From positions 438,089-502,088 of the forward strand of contig OZ316894.1 in NCBI GenBank assembly GCA_973895155.1: 64,000 nucleotides of DNA. Direction: 5' to 3'. Positions 46,984-59,160 of the stretch are shown here, piece by piece. Made by a program: the position numbers and the translations under genes. The stretch is from Marsupella aquatica. Lineage: Eukaryota; Plantae; Marchantiophyta. The stretch's first letter is position 1. Each line of letters opens with the position of its first letter. The notes under the pieces were generated by a model, which was given only the letters and a program-made list of their open reading frames with translations, had not been told where the DNA came from and made no database searches.

Positions 46984-49900
46984 TCACACCACACCACCAC
47001 CAAAGCGAAGCTGACCAGCCCGAAACCAATCCTGACGATGAAAAGCAAGCCATTCGCCGGCCCGGCTCACCTGGGCATGACGTCTGCCAAGCGGAAAACG
47101 GCAGCCCACAGCAAACAAATGATCTACCGTCTCAGTGAGCACCAAACCAAAATCGAATTTCCTACCAACACCGGCCTGGAACATATGATCATTACGGGCC
47201 TTCCAAATCATCCACAACATTTGGTAAAGCATAAACAGCTTCACAGAATGAGTAACTTCCTTCCCCAGGGAATCATCCAACAGGGGCAGTAGACCAACAC
47301 CCAAAGGCACCCGCAGAGTCCCAAGCACATCCCTATACATCTGCCAGCACCTGATAGCAAACCTGCATTGAACAAACAGATGTGGCATCGACTCCAGCAG
47401 CCCACTGCAATACTTGCATTCGCCGTTACTAGCTTTAATTCTAAGAGCCCTCTCACCCGTGAACAGACCCCCAACAATCACCCTCCATATGAAGGTCTTG
47501 GCCCTGCAAGAGAGATCGGACCTCCACAGCTGACTCCATCTCTTATTCCACTCCATCTCAGTCCCATTCGATGACCAGATACAGTTCAGACGCTCATAGA
47601 ATGACATAGATGGTCTAAGAAACTCATACACCCTGCAATTGGCAATATCAAAGTTCTTCAAGGGCCCAACCTTATCAGCCCATCTCCACCTCCGAGCCCC
47701 AGGGTCCAGGTTCAGGGTACAGGAGCCAGACGCCCAGATCTTCGCCAAAAATGCCTTAGTCAAACCGCGTTGCTCCTCAGAGAAACCCCTCATTTGATGC
47801 CACCGCAGGGGCATCTCCTTCCAACCAGCACTCTCCGTACACCATCCATCCCTAATACTTCTCAAGCCCAGCCTGCCACAAATGGCAGTGATCCCTAATA
47901 TATCCTCGTTTGGCAGCGAGTTAAACTCTGTAATGCATCTCAGGGTATCCTGAATGCTCCAGCGCCCAGGAATACCCCACATCCCAGGTTCAAACAAGAG
48001 ATGTGCTCTCACCTGCTCCCAGGCCTTCCACAGACCAGCGGTATATGAAAGACCACCTCCGGTGCGGGGAGAACACAACAAAAGCTTATCCTTGAGCGAA
48101 TACTGATTCCTGCGTATGACTTTGTAATTCAACCAGCCCATTAAGGAGAGGTTGCAGCAAGCATTCTAGCCCATTCCAGATCAGGGGAATTCAGAGCTTT
48201 AATAAACCATTGTGACAAAAGAGCATCTGAGTGGCTCTTAAAGTCTTTAAAGCCCAGGCCACCTTCGACCTTTGGCAGAGACATCTTTGCCCAAGCAACC
48301 AACGGAATTTTCCTCCCTCCAGCAGGATTATAACCCCACAAGAAGTTGCGACTGAGAGCACTCAGTTTCATTGCCAACTCGGCTGAAGCTTTGAAATGCA
48401 TGACGTGATAAATTGGGATTGCCTGCAACACATGTTTTACTAATAAGGTCCTCCCTGTAAATGAGAGCAGCTTGTTAGTCCAAGATGCTAGCCGACCACT
48501 CACTTTATCCAGACAGAATTTGTGAAGTTGCTCCATCCTCAAACCCACACCAATGGGGGCCCCAAGGTACTTTTGTATCTCCCCTCTCTGGCAACGTGAC
48601 ATCCAACTTCCAGCAGCCACCGTGGGATGACATTAAGAGCCAGCGGGATCACCACAGATTTACGCAGGTTCAACCGGGCTCCAAAGGCCGTCTCATAGCA
48701 CGCCAACGCCACCGTGGCCTCCTTGAAAGCCTGCTCTGAGGCAGGAATAAACATACCCACATCATCCGCAAACAGACGATAACAGATAGTCAATGTTTCT
48801 GAAATTGCAATACCACTCATCCTACCCGCAGCCAACTCCGCATCTAGGAAGTCCATTAATGGTTGGGTTGAAATGACAAAAAGCAGTGGCGATAGAGGAC
48901 AGCCTTGACGCACACCCCTTAGCAATTCAATCGGCCCAGAGCAATAACCATTCACCAAAACCCTCGATGAAGCTTGCAAAAGAAGAGCTTGTGCAAGCTT
49001 AATGAAATGACTGCTTATGCCCAATACGTGCATAGTCTCCCATATATACTCATGGTTAACTCGATCAAACGCCTTTTCAAAGTCCAACTTAAGAAAAAGT
49101 GATTCAGCCTTCTGCTTCTGCACCCAATCGCACGCCAACCATGCCAGTGAAATGTTCTCCAGGATATGACGACCTGGGATAAAACCAGTCTGCTGCGGGC
49201 TGATCATCTGGTTCAATAGAGGCTTCAGCCGCAAAGCCAAGATCTTGGCAATGATCTTGTATACCGTGTTGAGCATCGTGAGCGGTCGCCAGTCTTTAAG
49301 GAGTCATTTATCAGGTTTTTTCGGAATAAGCTTGATGATCCCCTCCTTGATCCCCCTGTCCAGCTCCCCAGTAAGCCAGAATGCTTGAATCATCTCTACC
49401 AGATCTTCTCCAATAAAGTCCCAACAAGCACGGTACACCTCTGCAGTCATCCCGTCCGGCCCAGGTGATTTGTCGCAAGGGAGCATCCATAATACATCTT
49501 TCACTTCCTTAGTTGTGGGCAAAGCATCCATTCTCCTCATTGCCCCATTCGAAAGTGTTCTGCAGAAGCCTTGACCGTTCCCTCCTTTGCACCACTCCCT
49601 CGTCCCAGGTCATTTCAGGAGGAGAGTAAAGAGCCGAGCACATCCGCTGTACTTCCTTCAGTATAATCCGTGGTTCTGTAATCTCCGTTCCATCATCTCT
49701 TATCAGCAACTTCATTGCTTCCCGAGCTTGCTTTGCTCTGATAGTGGCAAAAAAGAATTTAGAAGATTCCTCTCCTTCTCCCAGCCATTTAACTCTTGCA
49801 AGTCTACGGCCTCTGTTCGCCACTTCAAATTCTGTCGAATGCAAAGTATCCTCCATTAACACGTAATCCAGAATGTCTGTCTCAGTCTGTGAGTCCAAAA

Positions 49901-50894
49901 TGGCATTTTTAAGAGCGCACAATTTTTCCCTTAAGAACTCCAGTTCTTCCTCTGCCTCCTTTGGTCGTGCCTGCAGCGCCTTATAAGTACTTCTTAGTTG
50001 CATACTTTCCTTGGCAAACCGAAGGTGAGGTCCATGAATCCTCTCCTCCCCTCCTTCCAGGCCAACTCGAGCAGCTCCACGTCGGCCTGCCTCCTAAGTA
50101 AAGCCGGATTTGCCTTGAAAAACTTTGCTTTACCTCTCTCCCCATCAGTACAATTTCCTTGCAGCCAAACCCACAACATAATCGGGTCATGATCCGATAA
50201 TGCAGAACCCCCCTCATGTCGCAACTCCATAATTTTGCCTAGCCACCAGCCTTTGCCGCTAATATAAAAACGGTCCAGTCTGGACTACAACCAAACTCCA
50301 TTCCGGTTCCTTCTCCATGTGAACTTAGCTCCCACAGCACCACCTCTTAGTGTGTACACATCTTCCATGTCAAACCAAACTTTAAGAAATCTCCAGAACT
50401 CCGCCTCCCGGCCACCGATAAGAGATGAGCCACCAGTTGAGTCCTGTTGCAACTCAGTCATGTTGAAGTCCCCACAGAGAATCCAATTCTCCGTTGGTAG
50501 CCCCACCTTGAGGTCATACCACAGCACGGCCCTTTGTTGTGCTGAATTACGCGCATAAATTGATACTACTCCCGTCCTTTCTCCATCAATCTCCAGGATA
50601 ATCCACACCGCCCGCCCCAGTTTTAACAGTCCCGATGCCACTACCTTCAACTCCGGGTGAACTAGCAGAGCTGCCTCCTCTGCCCTCATCACGAGCCGAC
50701 GAGAAGAATTGATACGTAGGGAGGATAGCCCTCAAAGCCAAATCCAGGCAAAATTGTTCAGCTTTAACTTCTTGTAGAGCCAGGATGCTGATAGGGGCCC
50801 GTAATGACTGCACCCAATTCTTTACTACATGCTTACGATTTGTCTCACATAAACCACACACATTCCATGACGCCAACAACAGCAATTCGCCCAT
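46984..50894 (-). pseudogene. LINE ORF2 (APE endonuclease, RT, zf-RVT), multiply frameshifted
   Basis: SWNVCG, LQEVK, GDFN, SDHDP; KSPGPDG, LDFEKAFD, GVRQGCPLSPLLF, LFADD, KYLG; CKYC...ESMPHLFVQC. Confidence 0.93.
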
Positions 50895-50950
50895 CTAGCC
50901 TAAATTTGAATCACCGAAGCAGCAGTCTCCATCTCTGCCTCCGAGTTGAG

Positions 50951-53121
50951 TTAAATTTGAGCGCGTCCCCCTGGAGACATCTCCACATCCGAGCTAATTC
51001 TCAGGTTGCCTGAGACCGCAGCAAAAGGTATCAACTTAAGCCAGTTACCACCCCTGTTTACACCAGAGGACCCCTCTCCCACAACCTTACCTATCTCCTC
51101 TCCATCGGATCGCTCGGTACCTGCCAGCCCTTTGTGTCCCCGTGAGGACCTGTCACCGCCACCTGCATCAGACAAGCATCCTCGTGAGAAGCTTAGGGAA
51201 CGTTGTTTCTTGGAATCACCTTTCAGTTTGTCTTTGGTAACAGTGGGAGGAGTTCTCAGCTCCTGCTTCCGTGCTCTGGCCTTGAGTTTACTGTTTGAAA
51301 TGTAAGTCTCATATTCAGACATCTCAGCGTCCGAATCACCATGATACGAGAAAGCTTCTTTGCCAGAGTCCCCCCAATTAAAGTCAGAGGCCTGTAGCAG
51401 TCTAGAGTTCCCTTGCTCCGCAGGAAAAGGGGGCGGCTCAAAAATCAAAGCCTTGGCATCCAGCACAGTCTCCTTCCTTCCATACTCGCTCCTGCACGCC
51501 AATGGGAGAACCACCTCCACCGGAGCCAACTCATTTCTAGCCACCACTGCCAAGGGCATCCCCGCATTCAGATGAACAGGCTCACCTGTCATTAAGCCCG
51601 AACCCTCAGCCCGGTTTTTGTGCCTGCTACTCTCAGAGACCATCCTCTCGATCTGCTCCATATCTACCTCCACAGCCTTCCTCTGCTGGTTTTCCACCTG
51701 CAATGCCCTGGCCTCCCTGAATTCCGCCCTGGCCTTGGCGTTATCCAAAGCCCGTTGAGCCTCTTCCGCATCTGCTTCTGAATGGCGTTCATCATCCTTC
51801 TCATCTGGAATCTCTGCTTCAACCACCACAGGCGGCTCATATGCCCCTGATTCTCCGCAATTACGCGCCAGGTGACCCTTCTTATTACATTTATAACAGT
51901 GATATGGAATGTTGCGAAATGTCACTGGTTGCCATATCACGATATCATCCCTAATTCAAATTCTAACACTAGCAGGGACCTCCCGATCCGTGTCCCAGAG
52001 AATGCACGCTCTATCATGGGGGAAGGAGCTAAACTGATCTCCCTGGATGTAGTAAAGCAGAGGGCCCAGTGAGCAAGCAATCTGCCTCCTGCATCCCTCC
52101 AATGCAAGATCCCGAAAAGGAAGCTCTATCCATACCGGCAGCTTAGTGAATGTCTCATTTTTAATGTCAAAAGAGGGGTCCCATGGGAACGTGTATACAA
52201 ATCTATCCATAAACCATGGGGCAGAGTTTAGCGCCATGTCCCGATGATCCGGATGCTCAAAGACAATCATATAAAACCCCTTCCCCACAAATTTAATCTG
52301 GAGGACTGGCCAATTACCTTGGCTAGTCATCACCTCCTCCACCCACTCTCGAAACACCTGTAGCAGAGGTGGCCTGTCCGCGAAGAAGCACATAAGTGCA
52401 CAATTATACAGTTGTCTCACGTTGAGAGCAGCTTCCGCCATAGTCCAATCAAGAGTTGTGAAAAGCTTCTTATCAAGATTCCCTTTAGATCGAATCCCAA
52501 TATTTTGTAGAATTCGCACACATTCCTCAGAAGCCTCCTCAACAGGAATCCTCAGCTCCCCCAGTGCAGACTCCCGTCGGCCCACATCTCTCAGCGCATT
52601 TTCTAAGTCCAGCCATATATGCCCCCTACTACAGGATCACCTCCAGGCATCTCGCTTTCCACCTCCATCAGATCCCCCCAGTCCAGACGCGCTTGTGAGT
52701 CTACAATGCTTCTAATCCCGATAGCCGAGCTACTGCCACCTCTGACCGGCAGTAAACCCCGACTCACCTCCGAATCTCGCCTGGCATCTTGAGCCGAGAA
52801 TCGCTCCCGCAACCCCCCGTTTTTGTCCCCTGAATGCTCCTTTCTTCCAGGGTCCTCTGCCTCGCTAGTGCCACCATACTGAAGCTCCGCGGGCCCCCTC
52901 TCAAGCTGCCTCCCGAACTCACCCATCTCCCTACCGGTCGTAGGAATGCGTCCGCCTCTCACCCCTCTATCTTGCACCAAGGGTTCCACCTTTCCGTAGT
53001 AATCCATTGTTGCCATAGTATCTTCCCTGCTTCCACAGTCACAAGGTAACAACAATGCAACCAAGCGAAAGGTAAGAAAACAAATCGGACGTACCTTCTC
53101 CCACTTCAGAGCGACTCCCAA
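50951..53121 (-). pseudogene. LINE ORF1 (DUF4283-like region plus zinc knuckle), frameshifted
   Basis: APWF...FPWDPSF...LPVWIELP; CYKCNKKGHLARNC. Confidence 0.85.
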
Positions 53122-53869
53122 TCAGAATCCCCGCATCTCCCAATCACTTACATACATATGATCTCTGGAGTCACGATGAGCTGCTCCACCACGATTTCAG
53201 AGTGACACCGCAATAGTGCTCCTTTGAGATCCTAGTGAAGAATCCCACAGTACAGCGCAAATGCCCACCTATCATCTAGAGTCAGAATCCACCAGAACAT
53301 TCCTCCCGTTTTGACTCTCGAAAAAGACGTGGTATAGCATCCTCCTGGTGCAGCGGCCCTGTGCCAATGTCACCCTTATACCCCACCAAACGCGCTTCAC
53401 GGGGACCAACCTCAGCAAGAAAGTGTCCCCTCATCCACCGCCTTGAAGTGGCAGAGTCCACCGTTGCGTTGTGACCTTACTGGCACAACCTAAATCTTGC
53501 TACAGCCGCGATAACCCCCAGCCAAGATACCTGGGTCAAATCAACTCTCACTTGTCACCGCCTACCTAAATGCTTATGCCATCCTTCTGGGCAGCACAGC
53601 TCGAGTCTCCGCATTCCAATCCGGATCCCTTCCTATCACTCGTTAAGTGTATACACAGCCCACACGTTAAGTGTATACACAGCCCGGCGCCGCCTGTGCG
53701 CCTTTTCAGTTCAGCTCAGTCCCCTTCCAATCCCACATCACATTGTCATCCCCAGTTTTCACATGTGGCATACCAGTTTTTTAAGTACTGGTGTTATTTG
53801 GGAATATTGGGGGTCAGTTTCACCCCCAGTTTGTTGTGTGCGCATTTTGGAGGGGTTAGGGGTGGGGGT

Positions 53870-54550
53870 ACCCCCCAATTTTTGGGGTGCGTGTACTAGG
53901 GGGCGAGTGCCACCCTACTGTAGCATTTGGGGGTGTAACGAGTTGGGGGTGAGGGTGGGGGGGGGTTCCATGGAGGTTGAGGATGAGGGTGGCCCCAAGT
54001 TTTGGGGGTGCGTGCACATGGGGGCATGTGCAACCCTAATTGAGCATTGGGGGTGTAACAAGCTGGGGGTGAGGGTGGGGGAGGGGTTCCATGGGGGTTG
54101 AGGATGAGGGTGGCCCCCAGTTTTGGGGGTGCGTGCACATGGGGGCGTGTGCAACCCTAATGTAGCATTGGGGGTGTAACGAGCTGGGGTGAGGGTGGGG
54201 GAGGGGTTCCATGGGGGTTGAGGGTGAGGGTGGCCCCCAGTTTTGGGGGTGGGTGTACTAGGGGGCGAGTGCCACCCTACTATAGCATTTGGGGGTGTAA
54301 CGAGCTGGGGGTGAGGGTGGGGGAGGGGTTCCATGGGGGTTGAGGGTGAGGGTGGCCCCCAATTTTGGGGGTGCGTGCACATGGGGGCGTGTGCAACCCT
54401 AATTGAGCATTGGGGGTGTAACAAGCTGGGGGTGAGGGTGGGGGAGCGGTTCTATGGGGGTTGAGGGTGAGGGCGGCCCCTAGTTTTGGGGGTGCATGCA
54501 CATGGGGGTGAGGGTGCTCCAAATTGGGGGTGAGGGTGATCCAAATTGGG
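53870..54550 (+). repeat. G-rich tandem satellite, ~120-bp unit, ~5.5 copies
   Basis: GGGGGTGAGGGTGGGGGAGGGGTTCCATGGGGGTTGAG... recurs at ~53945, 54065, 54186, 54307 and 54428. Confidence 0.92.
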
Positions 54551-54904
54551 GATGAATCATCCCCAATGTATGCATACTATGTTAGGGTTTCGACTCAACC
54601 TTGGCTAGGTTAACTAGAGTAAGTTAACCGGAGTTAACATTAGTTGACTAGACTCTTCATGAAGGGATAACCCTCTTGGTGTCCCATGGAGAAAGAACAC
54701 TTAGTTGAGAACTTTGAGAGAGAGAGAGAGAGCTTGGACCATGGAGCTATGGTGATATGTACTTTTTGTGTTCATAGTGAAGCTCTTGGTGCAGCCGTGG
54801 ACGTAGCCCTGACAGGGTGAACCATGTATCTTTGCGTCGGTGTACCGGAGTGTTGTATGACTGATGATTATGAGACGTCATGCTGTCTGTTTTGATCCTA
54901 CAAT

Positions 54905-54916
54905 TGGTATCAGAGC
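54905..54916 (+). promoter_or_regulatory. tRNA-iMet primer binding site
   Basis: TGGTATCAGAGC, 2 nt after the LTR-terminal CA. Confidence 0.9.
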
Positions 54917-56102
54917 TTTGGTTCGGGATCAGCTGATGTCTTAACGGTTTATCGTGATTGATTGATGGTTTTTGGGGGCACGGTGGAAGTGTGACATACG
55001 AAGTGGTGATCGGATAAGGAGGTCTACGGAGTGGAAACTTGCACGTTTAGTTGAGAGATTATTCACATATGGCTGAGAAATTTCAATCTTCATATTAGAT
55101 GGTTTTTCGACGGTTTTTGAGGTCCCGACTTGATTACCGAGGGGAACGTGGCTTCCGTGATATGATTTTGGTTTCTTGTAAGATGTTCGTGATCGTTAAA
55201 GGAAAATTGGTGTGAGTGGTGTTGCTATGGAATGCGGTGGTGAAGAAATCAATGTGTTTCATTGAGTTGTCGCAAAGAACTCTTGGATTGAGTTGAGCTT
55301 GAAAGTCCCGGCTATGGTGGCTAGGTCAAAATCAGTGATCTTAATCGAATTCTATCTCCCTCAATTCTTCACCGTTTTCATAGTTCTTTACATTGATTTG
55401 AAGCGCCTTGAAGTCTAGTTTCAGAATCTGAAATCGGTTTTGCTTTTTGTTAAAACCCCAAAGAGCTATCTTAGATATCCCGCCGGGGGGGTAAGTCTGC
55501 CGCGAGTATTTACTCGCGCGGGATGGCGCGCGGACGCGAAAAAAGGGTCGAGGGGAGTGACAGGGGGTTCGAGGGGGCCAAGGGGGCACGTGGCAGCCCC
55601 TGGGCAGCTCTGAAAATTTTCCCAAAGGGCCTGTACAAGGGTTGCGGGAATTTAAGGAAAATATACTTTTTCCAGCAAACTCGTTTTGCGACGGAATCAA
55701 AATTTCGGCAAATCATTCAATGTTGTATTGACAAAATATTTTTCAAGGGCATACTTGAGGGAGTTGAGTAGGGGCTTGTGCAAACGATTTGTCAAACCGA
55801 CTTCTCTTGCGGATTTGAGTGAATTGATTATCCTCGGGGGTCCAATTTTGATGTTTTAACCCCCTCTTACTCGGCGGTAAAAATATCTCAACTGAGATAT
55901 GTTTTTGCCAAACGGATTTTGGGACAAAATCCGATACCTTCTAGGGTACCCAGGAGTGCTCTTGGATTTCAATTTCAGAAACTTTCATTTTTGGTCATTT
56001 TGTGGCTGATGCTGTCGTGCTGCCGTGTGCTGTTTGCAAATTTGCGTGAAATTGAGAAGCTACAAAGTGATTTTTGGCACTTCAAGGTCCTAGGGGTGTA
56101 CA

Positions 56103-57000
56103 ATGGCTCCATCAAAAGTTACTAGTGCCAAATATGAGGTGGAGAAGTTTACCGGCCACAATAATTTTACGTTATGGCAAGTTCAAATGCAAGACGTGTT
56201 AGTTTTGCAAGGTTTGGGTGCAGCATTGAAAAGTCAACCATCGGCAATGTCTGAGGAGGATTGGGAGGACATCTGTGCACGAGCTCTCAGCTTAATCCGG
56301 TTGCACTTGGCATCTGATGTTCTACTCCAAGTGTTGACTGAGGATTCACCGACAAAGCTATGGGAACGACTCAAACAGATGTACCAAAAGAAATTCTTGG
56401 TAACTCGCTTATACACTACCTTGAAGTTGATGACACTGCACATGATGGAAGGTACAAAACTTGCCGATCATATTGATACCTTTAACTTGATAGTGTTCGA
56501 GTTGGCCACTCTCAATCTTATCTCCTTCTTCTTATCTCCTTGCCCAAATCGTACAAGCATTTGACTCAGACCGTACTCTATGGTAAGGATCAGATTTCCT
56601 ATGATGAGATGGTGAGCACTCTTCTTGCGGATGACAGTAGGAAGAAAATGCATGTAACCTCTCATGCTTCCTCTTCTGCTTTATCAGTAATGAAGAGTCG
56701 ATTTAAACCAAAAACATCAATTCCTCAACGCTCTCGATCCAAGATTTTGGATTCAAAAGGTGTGGAGTGTTGGAATTGTGGCAAGACAGGCCACATCAAA
56801 AGGAATTGAAAAAACAAACCAAAGCTTGCTTTTCATCAGTCTAGTTTGGTTGTGTCTGATGATGAAGGACTTTCTTTGTGCACCGATTCTTCTATCGTGC
56901 ATGAACTTGATTGGATTTTGGATTCTGCTTGTTCTTATCACATGACTCCGACAAGAGCCTTTTTTCATTCCTATGAATCCACTACCGGAAGTGTCTTCAT
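56103..57000 (+). pseudogene. Copia gag-protease pseudogene
   Basis: ORFs 56103-56564 and 56540-56809 plus a protease motif at ~56910-56950; frameshifts and a stop in the knuckle. Confidence 0.85.
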
Positions 57001-57421
57001 CAGTTATCAGTGACTTTCATCAGTCACTGATATCAGTCTGTGCCCAAAACTCAGCGACGCCGCCGACATGGACTTAATTCACACCCACAGTCAAACCCTA
57101 TGTCGGCGTCCACTCCGACATTGTTTTGGTTTGGACAATTAGTAATGTCGGCTGCCTCTTTGACCATCTTGGTGCCCTTTCTAACCATCTTGGCGCCCTC
57201 TCTAAGATATCCTTGGAGTGTTGTTCCATCTCGGCTGAGCTCGCCAAGATAAAAATATACCCAGCAACGTGTACAACATAGCATATCAAATAGGAGCCAC
57301 ATTAAGAACGTTTGGATGACACACTTTTTATTAAGCTTTGTACCAAACTTTACAACGATGTTGTCTATCTCAATTTTCTGAACTAAATTCCACTAGGCTG
57401 CGTCTCCATCTTCCATCCTCT

Positions 57422-58228
57422 CTACAGGGTAATTGTCTGGCAGACAAGGTCCACAACAATCTTTTGCCGCATGATGTCTATAAGTGCAAGGTCAAAGTTC
57501 AGTACGCCGCCTCCAGAAATACGCTCCATGTAGATAATGATATATACACCACAATTGTAATCATCCCCTTGACCTAGAATGTTGTCTCGGTAAATGCATG
57601 GCCATTCTAATGGACATAACAAGGTACGACCCCGCAAGATGGAGAGGACCGAAAGAAACTGAGCTACTTTGAACACTTCTGTGCCATCCTGTGCTTTGGG
57701 CACAAGCGGATCAAGTAAATGCAGTTGCCGCAAGGCAGTATCAACCACAACTAGTACCCAGTGTTTTGGCCGGTAGACGGGGATTAAAACGTACTCGTGC
57801 TCCCACATTTGAATGCCCCGCCAATATGCCAACGCTGCGTTGAAGTTATATTCTGGAGTTGTCATCACTTGGTAAAAATGTGTTGGCAATAACATGGCCT
57901 TGGGTTTATGAAGGGTTTGTGCTCTTCGTTCGGACAGTAAAGCAATGTAAGCATTGATGACATCGCAAGTGATCCATTCTTTTGGCCTCAAGCATTTTAA
58001 ATGTGCCCTCGTCAAGTGCACATCCTCGATTGTCACTATGACCTCTTTTTGGTCCGCCTTGGGGTCCAATGCCTTCTTCACTATTGCCAAAAATTTGGAT
58101 GGTTGCTGTTGTGCGGGCACTCCTTTGTTTGCAAGCCCCACCTCTTTCACTCCTGCCCAGGGAGTCAGCCCCTCATTCACTGGTTGCTCAGGTCTCTCCT
58201 GAGCTGCAATGAAGGTAAATTCATTCAA
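57422..58228 (-). CDS. Ulp1/SENP-like C48 cysteine protease domain (probably the last exon of a longer gene; transposon cargo)
   Basis: WITCDVINAY, IPV...HWVLVVVD, LDPL, QGDDYNCGVY: His/Asp/Gln/Cys catalytic set present. Confidence 0.88.
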   Translation of the reverse strand: MNEFTFIAAQERPEQPVNEGLTPWAGVKEVGLANKGVPAQQQPSKFLAIVKKALDPKADQKEVIVTIEDVHLTRAHLKCLRPKEWITCDVINAYIALLSERRAQTLHKPKAMLLPTHFYQVMTTPEYNFNAALAYWRGIQMWEHEYVLIPVYRPKHWVLVVVDTALRQLHLLDPLVPKAQDGTEVFKVAQFLSVLSILRGRTLLCPLEWPCIYRDNILGQGDDYNCGVYIIIYMERISGGGVLNFDLALIDIMRQKIVVDLVCQTITL

Positions 58229-58641
58229 ACATTACTCTTCGGAACTGGAGCTTGATAATCTTATACTTACATGGTGAGTTTGGAGACTGTCACTTCCTAC
58301 CGAGCTACTCATCCGATTGAGCTTCTTTTGCCCTATCATCGATAAATTTGAGAGTTTTCCTTTTTCTCTCTTTCACACAGCGAGGCACTATTTCTTCATG
58401 ATAGGTATCAATAGCGTAGCACGGAAGGGTTAACTTCTCTGGCGAGAATAATGCCAAAGCTTCCTCCCACGCGAGCTTGACAAGCCGTCTGTCCTGGCTG
58501 TCCCATTCCGCTGTAGTTGACTCGGTAGTCCTGTCAGGAATTGCTACTTAGTTATACTTAAATCCAATCAAATAATGTATTGCGCCCAGAATAGACGTAA
58601 ACAAGAAGGCATCTGTCGGGGAAGGTAGTCGACATGGATCA

Positions 58642-58960
58642 ACGGATCTCGGAGAGGCCAGCCAAGATCACTCTTCCTGAGACGGATCTCGGAGAGGCCA
58701 GCCGAGATGACTATTCCTAAGACAGATCTCAGAGAGGCCAACCAAGATTGACTATTCCTGAGACAGATCTTGGAGACGCCAGCCGAGATGATTTCCTGAG
58801 ATGGATCTCGGAGAGGCTAGCCGAGATGATTGTTCCTGAGACGGATCTCAAAGAGGCCAGCCGAGATTGACTCATCCTGAGACGGATCTTGGAGAGGCCA
58901 GCCGAGATCACTCTTCCTCAGATGGATCTTGGAGAGGCCCGCCAAGATGACTCTTCCTGA
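58642..58960 (+). repeat. 40-bp tandem array (~8 copies) with internal palindrome
   Basis: Unit ACGGATCTCGGAGAGGCCAGCCGAGATGACTCTTCCTGAG; ATCTCGG/CCGAGAT inverted pair. Confidence 0.92.
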
Positions 58961-59160
58961 GTTGCATGTAGAGGAATGAATCCTGGCGAGGTCCGCCAAC
59001 ATGCATCTCAAGTTAGGACTTGCCCTCGCTTGTAGAGGAGGCCAGACACTATGAATGTCAGCGAGGTCAGCCGACATGCATACATATCGGTGAGGCCACT
59101 GACTTGTATCCCTCTATTGTCAACCATTGCGACGAGCAAGCAAATATGAAATGAACAACG

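Larger units (their letters stand above)
46784..53121 (-). mobile_element. Degenerate L1-clade LINE retrotransposon (5' boundary uncertain)
   Basis: ORF1 and ORF2 fragments in canonical order; short A-tail at 46784-46789 on the minus strand; no TSD found. Confidence 0.9.
54580..57000 (+). mobile_element. Truncated Ty1/copia element (Tork/Tnt1-like): 5' LTR 54580-54902, PBS, gag-protease remnant
   Basis: TGTTAGGG...CCTACA followed by TGGTATCAGAGC; gag KYEVEKFTG.NNF.LW, CWNCGKTGH, protease WILDSACSYHMT; ends abruptly at ~57000. Confidence 0.85.

Noticed and set aside
53763-54522. Pro/Gly-rich ORFs in the satellite
   Set aside because: By-products of translating a G-rich tandem repeat.
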